64,000 nt of DNA from an uncultured delta proteobacterium. Lineage in GTDB: Bacteria > Myxococcota_A > Polyangia > Haliangiales > Haliangiaceae. Location of the stretch: contig CAWKDB010000010.1 in the NCBI GenBank assembly GCA_963848295.1, forward strand, positions 608,001 to 672,000, in the 5' to 3' direction. Shown one piece after another: positions 57,008-64,000 of this stretch. The notes under the pieces are model-generated. The model was given only the letters and a program-made list of their open reading frames with translations, searched no databases and was not told where the DNA came from. The position numbers were made by a program, and so were the translations under genes. Every line of letters begins with the position of its first letter. The stretch's first letter is position 1.

Positions 57008-58378
57008 ATGGCGATGGCAACGATTGCAACTCCGATCTCGGGCCGGGCCGCAAAACCGTCGATTCCCGTGGTCCCCGGCGTGCCGGTGCTCGGCAACTTG
57101 ATGCAGTTCCGCCGCGATCGCATGGCGCTGCACGAGCTCGCGGCGCGCACCAGCCCCACGCTGGCGCGGATCCAGCTCGCGCACATCCCGATCTACCTCA
57201 CGACCGACGCCGACCTCGCGCACGAGGTGCTCGCGACCGACTCCGAGTACTACGCCAAGTCGGCGGGCCTGCACTTCCTCGAACCGCTGCTCGGCAACGG
57301 CCTGCTGATCGCCGAGGGGACCGCTCACAAGCGCCATCGCAAGCTCCTCGCCCCCGCGTTCGCGCCGAAGCGGCTGTCCGCATACGGCGAGGTCATGGTG
57401 GCCGAGACGCTCGATCAAGTGTCGCGCTGGTCCGCAGACCAGCGGGTCGATTTCTCGACCGAGATGATGGAGCTCACGCTCGCGATCGCCGGTCGCACGA
57501 TGTTCTCGGCGCACGTTCGCGACGACGCCAAGACGATCGCGGAGGGCCTCGAGCTCGCGATGCACTCGCAGAGTGCGAGCCTCAAGTCGCTCGTTAGGCT
57601 CGGCTACGAGTGGCCGTTGCCGCGCCATCGCCAGATGCGCCGCGCAGTCGCGATGCTCGACTCGGTCGTGTATCGCTTGATCGCCGAGGGTCGCAAGCGC
57701 GGCACCGATGTCGGCGACGTGCTGTCGATCCTGCTGATGGCGCGCGACGACGACGGCACCGGCCTCACCGACCCGCAAGTGCGCGACGAAGTGATGACGC
57801 TACTGCTCGCCGGTCACGAGACGACCGCGAACGCGCTGTCGTGGACCTGGTACGAGCTCGGCCGCAACCCGGTGGCGCTCGAACGGCTACGCGCCGAGAT
57901 CGACAGCGTGCTCGGCGCACGGACGGTCACCGTCGACGATCTGCCGCAGCTGCCGTGGACCGCCGCGGTGATCGACGAAGCGATGCGGCTACACCCGCCC
58001 GCCTACATGACCGGACGCGAATCGGTCGTGCCGGTCGAGCTCGGCGGCCACGCGCTTGCGAAGGGATCGATCGTCGCGATCAACATCTTCGGCATCCATC
58101 GCCGAGACGATTACTTTCCGAGCCCGCTCGCGTTCAAGCCCGAGCGATTCTTGCCCGAGGCGAAGAAGGCGCGACCGCGGCATCACTACTTGCCGTTCGG
58201 CGCCGGACCGCGGATCTGCATCGGCTCGCACTTCGCGTTGATGGAAGCGCAGCTGGCGCTCGCCACGCTCGTGCAGCGCGCCGACATTCGCATGCAAGCG
58301 ACGTCGGTTGGCCACGAGCCGCTCGTGACGCTGCGGCCGGCCGGCGGCCTGCCGGCGATCGTGTCGCCGCGATGCTGA
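57008..58378 (+). CDS. Cytochrome P450
   Basis: AGHETT, EAMR (ExxR), PERF, FGAGPRICIG. Confidence 0.95.
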   Translation: MAMATIATPISGRAAKPSIPVVPGVPVLGNLMQFRRDRMALHELAARTSPTLARIQLAHIPIYLTTDADLAHEVLATDSEYYAKSAGLHFLEPLLGNGLLIAEGTAHKRHRKLLAPAFAPKRLSAYGEVMVAETLDQVSRWSADQRVDFSTEMMELTLAIAGRTMFSAHVRDDAKTIAEGLELAMHSQSASLKSLVRLGYEWPLPRHRQMRRAVAMLDSVVYRLIAEGRKRGTDVGDVLSILLMARDDDGTGLTDPQVRDEVMTLLLAGHETTANALSWTWYELGRNPVALERLRAEIDSVLGARTVTVDDLPQLPWTAAVIDEAMRLHPPAYMTGRESVVPVELGGHALAKGSIVAINIFGIHRRDDYFPSPLAFKPERFLPEAKKARPRHHYLPFGAGPRICIGSHFALMEAQLALATLVQRADIRMQATSVGHEPLVTLRPAGGLPAIVSPRC

Positions 58379-58380
58379 CC

Positions 58381-58815
58381 CTATGGCAAGAACCGCGCGC
58401 GCTCGTCGGGCGCGGGCAGATCGCACAGCTCGGCGCGGCCCCACACGCGGTAGCGAATCGCCGCGATCAGGCGATAGCCGAGGTCGGGCACGACCCCCGG
58501 GATCCAGCGCCACGCCGCCGCCCAGCGCCACGGTGCGCGCAGATGTCTCGCCGCGTAGAGGAACGCCTTGCTGCGCAGGTAAACGCGGTCGTGGTCGACG
58601 AGCACGACGGTCGACACGAGCTGGGGGATCTCGGGATGACGGACGCGCAGTGCCGCCGCGGTCGCGCCCTGCAAGGGCGCGAATTGCAGCGCGTGGTCGC
58701 GCTCGTGGCGGAGCAACCAGCGCACGCTGCGGTGGCACAGCCCGCACGTGCCGTCGTACAGCACGACCGGCCCACCGGCGGCCTCCGACGTGACGATGGG
58801 CGTGACCGCGACCAT
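58381..58815 (-). CDS. DCC1-like thiol-disulfide oxidoreductase
   Basis: YDGTCGLC (DxxCxxC), FA-x-LQ, Y-x-x-IA-x-x-RY. Confidence 0.9.
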   Translation of the reverse strand: MVAVTPIVTSEAAGGPVVLYDGTCGLCHRSVRWLLRHERDHALQFAPLQGATAAALRVRHPEIPQLVSTVVLVDHDRVYLRSKAFLYAARHLRAPWRWAAAWRWIPGVVPDLGYRLIAAIRYRVWGRAELCDLPAPDERARFLP

Positions 58816-59000
58816 ACGCCCATCTTGCCGCTTCCCACGCCGCGGGCAAGCCTCGACGCGGATCGATCGATCGGCTGTCCGGCGCAGCAAGGACGGCCGA
58901 ACCCTCACGCGGAGAGGCCCCCGGTTTACCGGGGCCGCGACACCATCAGCTTCCACCGGAGCGAGCTTGCGCACCGCGCCCGTTGTTCCTAGCTTGCACC

Positions 59001-60164
59001 GTGGGCTTCATCTTCCCGCTGGTCGCGGCGAGCGCGTTCTCGGCCCTGTTCCACACGTATGTCTGGTGGCACGTCGTGGCGCGGGTTCGGCTGGCGCGGC
59101 GCTGGCGGATCGCCGGGACAGCGCTGTTCGTCGTGATGTTTCTATCGATTCCGATCACGACGTCGAGTCGCCTGTGGGCGCCGTCGCTGTCGGCCGCGCT
59201 CGCCTGGATCTCTTTGCCGTGGCTCGCGCTCGTCGGGCTGTGCGCGGTCGGGTTCATCGCGGTCGATCTCGCGATGGCCGTGCGCTGGGGCGTGGGCAAG
59301 CTTCGCAAGCCGGAAGGCCCGCCGTCCGCGGATCGCCGGCTCTTTCTCGCGCGGCTGACCGGCGGTGCGGTCGCGACGGTGGCCGGTGCTAGCGCGGCGG
59401 CCGGCATGATCTCGGCGCGCGGAGAGCACGAGATCGTCGATGTCGAGATCGAGCTCGCGAAGCTGCCGCGCGCGCTCGATGGGTTCTCGATCGTCCAGCT
59501 GTCGGACCTGCACACGGGGATGACGATCGATCGCGGGTTCGTCCAGCGCGTCGTCGATCGCGCGAACGCGCTCGCGCCGGACCTGCTCGTGCTGACCGGT
59601 GACCTCGTCGATGGCCCGGTCGCGGATCTCGCCGAAGACGTCGCGCCGTTCGCGCAGTTGAAGGCGAAGCACGGCGTCTATGCGGTGACCGGCAACCACG
59701 AATACTACAGCGGCGTCGACGCGTGGATCGCCGCGATCTCGAAGCTCGGCGTCAGGTACCTGCGCAACCAACGCGTCACGATCGGGGATGGCGAGGCGAG
59801 CTTCGAGCTCGCCGGCGTCGACGATCACTCGGCCATCGGCTGGAAGGGCCACGGCGAAGATCTGCCGGCGGCGACGCGCGGCCGTGATCCCGCCAAGGCG
59901 CTCGTGTTGCTCGCGCATCAGCCGCGGCAGGTCCTGCGCGCCGCGAGGTATGGCGTCGATCTCCAGCTGTCGGGCCACACGCATGGCGGCCAGATCTGGC
60001 CGTGGCACTACATGGTCAAGCTCCAGCAAGGTGGCTTGCTCGCCGGTCACTACGACCACGAAGGCACGCAGCTCTACGTGACCCGCGGCTGCGGCTACTG
60101 GGGCCCGCCGGTCCGCCTGCTCGCACCGCTCGAGATCACGCGCATCATCCTGCGCGCCGCGTAG
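59001..60164 (+). CDS. Membrane-anchored metallophosphoesterase (YkuE/YaeI-like)
   Basis: SDLH, TGDLVDG, GNHEYY, AHQP, SGHTHGGQ. Confidence 0.92.
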   Translation: MGFIFPLVAASAFSALFHTYVWWHVVARVRLARRWRIAGTALFVVMFLSIPITTSSRLWAPSLSAALAWISLPWLALVGLCAVGFIAVDLAMAVRWGVGKLRKPEGPPSADRRLFLARLTGGAVATVAGASAAAGMISARGEHEIVDVEIELAKLPRALDGFSIVQLSDLHTGMTIDRGFVQRVVDRANALAPDLLVLTGDLVDGPVADLAEDVAPFAQLKAKHGVYAVTGNHEYYSGVDAWIAAISKLGVRYLRNQRVTIGDGEASFELAGVDDHSAIGWKGHGEDLPAATRGRDPAKALVLLAHQPRQVLRAARYGVDLQLSGHTHGGQIWPWHYMVKLQQGGLLAGHYDHEGTQLYVTRGCGYWGPPVRLLAPLEITRIILRAA

Positions 60165-60186
60165 GAGACCGCGCTAGCATCGCTCG

Positions 60187-61278
60187 ATGGGCTCTTCACG
60201 TTGGCGACGGTGGATCGCGCCGCTCGCATTCGCATTCGTCGTCGCACTCTCGACGCTCGCGATCGGTGGGACCGGCGGCAGCATGGGCGGCGGCAGTTGG
60301 GGTGGCGGTGGCGGCGGCGGTGGCGGTGGTGGCGGCGGTGGTTTTGGCGGCGGTGGCGGTGGTGGCGGCGGCTACTCGTATTCCGGTGGTGGCGGCGGCG
60401 GCGACGGCTCGAGTGCAGACGGCGCCGAGGCCCTCGTATTTCTCGTCGTGGCCGGCGCGATCTGGCTGATCGCGACGCTCGCCCAGGGCACGCAGCGCAT
60501 CGACAGCACGGCGCTGGGGCTCGACCTGGACGACGGCTCGGACTCGAGCTTCGGCGGCAACAGCGTCGATGTGACGGTGCTGCGCATCGCGATCGACGGC
60601 CGATCGCGCAAGTTCATCCAGAACGAGCTCGCGCGGATCGCGAAGGTCGCCGACACCGCGACGCCCGACGGCCGGCTCGCGATGCTGCGCGAGGTCACGA
60701 TCCTGCTGCGTCGGCTGCGCGATGCGTGGGTCTATGGCGGCGCCATCAACGAGCCGATGCGCGAGATGAACGCCGCCAAAGCGGTGTTCGACCGTCACGT
60801 CGACGACGCCCGATCCGCGTTCAAAGACGAGACCATCCGCAACGAACAGGGAAAGACGACGACCGCCGCGCCGTCGGGCACGTACACGCCGACCAGCGAC
60901 CAGGGCGCCGGGCTGATCCTGGTGTCGATCATCGTCGCCGCCCGGCACGAGCTGTTCACGGTCGAGCACATCGGCGATGGCGAGGATCTGCGCAAGGCGC
61001 TCGAGGCGGCGGCCCATCGCGAGGCGAGCGATCTCGTCGCGATCGAGATCGTGTGGCAACCGTCGGAAGATGCTGATCGGCTGACCTCGATCGCGCTCGA
61101 GCAGAAGTATCCCAGGCCGGACCTGATCCCGATCGCCGGCGCGCTCGTCGGCAAGGTGTTCTGCGCGTTCTGCGGCGGCCCGTTCCCGGCAGAGCTCGTG
61201 ACCTGCCCGCATTGCGGCGCACCGGCGCCCGGACGCGACCACGCGCCCGCGGCCACCCCGCCTTCACCGCGTGCCTGA
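60187..61278 (+). CDS. DUF1517 (FLAP1-like) protein with Gly-rich N-terminus and C-terminal Zn ribbon
   Basis: GGSMGGGSW plus poly-Gly, TM, Q-x-EL-x-x-IA-x-x-ADT...G...LRE...L-x-R...W-x-YG, IE-x-x-W-x-P; CAFC...CPHC. Confidence 0.8.
   Translation: MGSSRWRRWIAPLAFAFVVALSTLAIGGTGGSMGGGSWGGGGGGGGGGGGGGFGGGGGGGGGYSYSGGGGGGDGSSADGAEALVFLVVAGAIWLIATLAQGTQRIDSTALGLDLDDGSDSSFGGNSVDVTVLRIAIDGRSRKFIQNELARIAKVADTATPDGRLAMLREVTILLRRLRDAWVYGGAINEPMREMNAAKAVFDRHVDDARSAFKDETIRNEQGKTTTAAPSGTYTPTSDQGAGLILVSIIVAARHELFTVEHIGDGEDLRKALEAAAHREASDLVAIEIVWQPSEDADRLTSIALEQKYPRPDLIPIAGALVGKVFCAFCGGPFPAELVTCPHCGAPAPGRDHAPAATPPSPRA
60283..60403 (+). repeat. Low-complexity GGC/GGT poly-glycine tract
   Basis: Direct reading of the sequence. 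Confidence 0.85.
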
Positions 61279-61290
61279 TACAACCCGGGC

Positions 61291-62634
61291 ATGCGTTCGG
61301 TCCTGATCGCGCTTGCCCTCGCCGCACCCCACCTCGCCAGCGCCGCTCCCGCGAAGCTGACGCTCGACCAGGTCATCGCGAAAGCGCTCGCGAGCCCGCG
61401 CGCGCGGATGGCCGGCGACGATCGCGACGCGGCGAAGGCGACCGTCGATCAAGCCGACGCGGCGCGCGATCCGCGGATCAAGGTCACCGCATTCGGCACG
61501 ATCAGCCCGGACATCACGTGCCGCGACCCGGGTTGCACGACGACCGATCCGCAGAACTTCTCGTTCGACTTCAAGGGCCTCTACGGCAGTGCCGAGCTCG
61601 ACATCACGCAACCGCTGTTCACGTTCGGCAAGCTCGATCACGCACGCGCCGCCGCGCGCGCCGGGCTCGCCGCGCAACAGGCGCTCGCCGACGAAGCCGC
61701 CGGCGATCTGGTGTCCGATGCCGCGCGCGCGTACTGGGGGCTCAAGGTCGCGCGCGAGCTCGGCGACATGCTCGACGACGGCATCGAGCAGATCGCGCAC
61801 GCGAAGGACGACTTCGACGCCGAGGCGAAGACCGGCAAGGGCACGGTGACGATCCAGGATCGCCAGCGCGTCGCGGTGCTGCTCGCCGAGGCGAAGGCGC
61901 AGCGCGCCGAGGCCGCGCAGGCCGAAGGCGAAGCGCTGGCCGCGTTGCGTGCGCTCGTCGGCAGCCCGGACGCCGACATCGATGACGCCGAGCTCGCCGC
62001 GGTCGACCATCCCCTGCCCGACGCCAAGACGTTCGACGCCACCGCGGTCGACCAGCGGCCGCAGGCGAAGGCCGCGCGGTCGGGCGCGAAGGCCGGCGAC
62101 GAGCTCGCGGGCCTCGAGCACGCCGGTTACTTCCCCGACTTCGCGCTGGTCGCGAGCGCGGTCGCTTCGAAGGCCCAAGGTGTGACCGACCCGCCCGGCG
62201 CCTTCGCGAACGACCCGTACAATCGTTACGGCGCCGGCGTCGTGCTCGGGCTGTCGTGGACGCTCGAGCCTTGGAACGTGGCCGCGCGCGAAGACAAAGC
62301 CAAGGCGCAAGCGCACCACGCGCACGCGCTCGCCGACCTCGCCGCCGACGGCGCGCGGCTCGATGCCGACTCCGCGCTCGCCGAGGCCAAGGCCGCCCAC
62401 GACAAGGTCGCGGCCGCGCACGATGGCGAGAAAGCGGCGCGGACGTGGCTCGCGGCGGTGTTGCAAAACGAGGCGATCGGCACCGCCGAGTCGCGCGACC
62501 TCGCCGACGCGTACATCGCGTGGTTCCAGATGCGCGCGCGCTGGGCCACCGCGGTGATGCAATGGAACGTCGCCGTGGTACGCCTCGGGCGTGCCGTTGG
62601 TGAATTTCGTGCCACCGGCAGCCGTCCCAACTAG
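61291..62634 (+). CDS. TolC family outer membrane protein
   Basis: Signal peptide, LTL-x-x-x-I-x-x-AL, QPLFTFG, two OEP-like helical repeats. Confidence 0.85.
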   Translation: MRSVLIALALAAPHLASAAPAKLTLDQVIAKALASPRARMAGDDRDAAKATVDQADAARDPRIKVTAFGTISPDITCRDPGCTTTDPQNFSFDFKGLYGSAELDITQPLFTFGKLDHARAAARAGLAAQQALADEAAGDLVSDAARAYWGLKVARELGDMLDDGIEQIAHAKDDFDAEAKTGKGTVTIQDRQRVAVLLAEAKAQRAEAAQAEGEALAALRALVGSPDADIDDAELAAVDHPLPDAKTFDATAVDQRPQAKAARSGAKAGDELAGLEHAGYFPDFALVASAVASKAQGVTDPPGAFANDPYNRYGAGVVLGLSWTLEPWNVAAREDKAKAQAHHAHALADLAADGARLDADSALAEAKAAHDKVAAAHDGEKAARTWLAAVLQNEAIGTAESRDLADAYIAWFQMRARWATAVMQWNVAVVRLGRAVGEFRATGSRPN

Positions 62635-62643
62635 GAAGTCACC

Positions 62644-63261
62644 ATGAAGCGCATCGTGCTTGTCCTGTTGTTCGTCGCCAGCTCGGCCTTCGCCGGCCCC
62701 GGCACCGACGCCGTCAAACATGCGAACGAGCAGATCACCGCCCTGTTGAAGCAGAAGGTCGCGGCCGGTTCGAAAGCCGAGAAGGACCTCGCGAGCAAGG
62801 TCACGAGCTCGGTGCGGGACTTCCTCGACATCGACGAGCTCGGCAAGCGCGCGATGGTCGACCAGTGGGCCAAGCTGACGCTGGCGCAGCAGACCGAGTT
62901 CTCCGCGACGCTGCGCAGCTTGATCGAAGATAACTACGTCAAGGGCCTGCGCTCGAACCTCGAGTTCACCGTCGACTACACCGGCGAATCGACCGATGAC
63001 GCCGGCGACATCGTCGTCGTCACTCAGATCAACACGAAGCGCCACAACCGCCCGTACAAGATCGAGGTCGACTACGTGCTCAAGAAGGACGGCGGCAAGC
63101 TCAAGGCGTGGGATGTCAAGACCGACGGCGTCGGCTTGGTCGAGAACTACCGCACGATGTTCGACAAGATCATGGACAAGGGCGGGTTCAACGATCTCAT
63201 CGATCGGATGAAGAAGAAGCTCGGCACCGAGGCACCCGCGGCGGGCAGCGCGGCGCCGTGA
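62644..63261 (+). CDS. MlaC/Ttg2D-like periplasmic binding protein
   Basis: D-x-x-x-x-x-x-x-A...W...Q-x-x-EF...Y; VDY-x-L...K-x-x-D...GV-x-LV-x-NYR-x-x-F. Confidence 0.85.
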   Translation: MKRIVLVLLFVASSAFAGPGTDAVKHANEQITALLKQKVAAGSKAEKDLASKVTSSVRDFLDIDELGKRAMVDQWAKLTLAQQTEFSATLRSLIEDNYVKGLRSNLEFTVDYTGESTDDAGDIVVVTQINTKRHNRPYKIEVDYVLKKDGGKLKAWDVKTDGVGLVENYRTMFDKIMDKGGFNDLIDRMKKKLGTEAPAAGSAAP

Positions 63262-64000
63262 CGTCCTACCGCGCCGCCGCTGCGGCCTGGCTCGCCGAGG
63301 ATCCCGATCCGAAGACGAAGGCCGAATTGCGCGCCCTACTCGACCGCAGCGACAGCGACGCCGAGCTCGCCGACGAGTTCGCCAACCAGCTCGAGTTCGG
63401 CACGGCTGGATTGCGCGGCGTGTTGGGCCCCGGCCCGAACCGGATGAACCGCGTGCTCGTCCGCAAGGTCTCCGCCGGGCTCGCCAAGTATTTGCTCGCG
63501 AACATCGGCGACGCCGCGAGCCGCGGGGTCGTGATCGGCCGCGACGCGCGTCACAACTCGCTGGAGTTCGCCGAGGATACGGCGCGCGTGCTCGGCGGCG
63601 CCGGGATTCGCGTCTACCTCGCGCACCGGCCGTGGCCGACGCCGACCACCGCCTGGGCGGTCACCGCGACGAACGCGTGCGCCGGCGTGATGGTCACCGC
63701 GAGTCACAACCCGCCGCAGTACAACGGCTACAAGGTCTACTGGGGCAACGGCGCCCAGATCATCCCGCCGCACGATACCGGCATCGCCGCCGCGATCGCG
63801 ACGATCGGACGCAGCGACCAGCTCGCGATGCCCGAGCTCGCCGAGCTGCGCGCGCGCCGGCTCGTGATCGATCTCGACGAAGCGTTTCACGACCGCTACG
63901 TCACCGCGGTCCTGGCGCTCCGCGTCCAGCCGCAGCTCGCGGGTAACGACCTCGTGATCGCGTACACCCCGATGCACGGCGTCGGCGCCGCGTCGGCCGA
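63258..64000 (+). CDS. Phosphomannomutase/phosphoglucomutase (truncated at the window end)
   Basis: Own translation: WLAEDPDP...LEFGTAGLRG...D-x-RHNS...TASHNPPQYNGYKVY...YTPMHGVG. Confidence 0.92.
   Translation, partial: MTSYRAAAAAWLAEDPDPKTKAELRALLDRSDSDAELADEFANQLEFGTAGLRGVLGPGPNRMNRVLVRKVSAGLAKYLLANIGDAASRGVVIGRDARHNSLEFAEDTARVLGGAGIRVYLAHRPWPTPTTAWAVTATNACAGVMVTASHNPPQYNGYKVYWGNGAQIIPPHDTGIAAAIATIGRSDQLAMPELAELRARRLVIDLDEAFHDRYVTAVLALRVQPQLAGNDLVIAYTPMHGVGAASA

Noticed and set aside
58900..58970. Glycine riboswitch or SRP RNA resemblance (GGAGAG plus stem)
   Set aside because: Lacks the CCGAAG/CTCTCAGG and CAGG...GGAA...AGCAG cores.
1..64000. CRISPR array, rRNA, tRNA, prophage or defence genes
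   Set aside because: No regularly spaced repeats or corresponding motifs were seen. The encapsulin has a phage-like fold but no phage genes surround it.

Overview
Very GC-rich bacterial DNA, most likely Myxococcota. A Haliangium/Kofleria-like lineage is inferred from a GltG/AgmX-type gene, many Cys-rich lipoproteins, sigma54 promoters and an EncFtn-encapsulin pair. About 65 plausible genes are present. The main block is a ~19-20 kb minus-strand aryl polyene (APE)/xanthomonadin-type type II PKS cluster (18681-38477). It encodes an ammonia-lyase, a WxWxIP flavin halogenase-like enzyme and a polysaccharide deacetylase, but no recognisable O-methyltransferase. Three paralogous unknown exported proteins split its two ACP genes, and two of them carry a duplicated sigma54 promoter with a conserved upstream inverted repeat. 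Other content: a family 1 encapsulin with ferritin-like cargo, a PAS/GAF two-component cluster, MarR/Rieske and TetR/P450 divergons with visible operators, a plant/chlamydial-type FabI, a TonB receptor, a heterodimeric ABC exporter, and TolC/MlaC/phosphomannomutase. The most unusual signal is a family of ~54-58 nt GATC-bounded double-hairpin elements. They appear to be inserted in frame inside three unrelated genes, with one further intergenic copy. The same window holds a hairpin-flanked RAYT/IS200-like Y1 HUH gene whose catalytic residues appear lost. No rRNA, tRNA or CRISPR array was seen. All calls come from reading motifs by eye; no database search was run.
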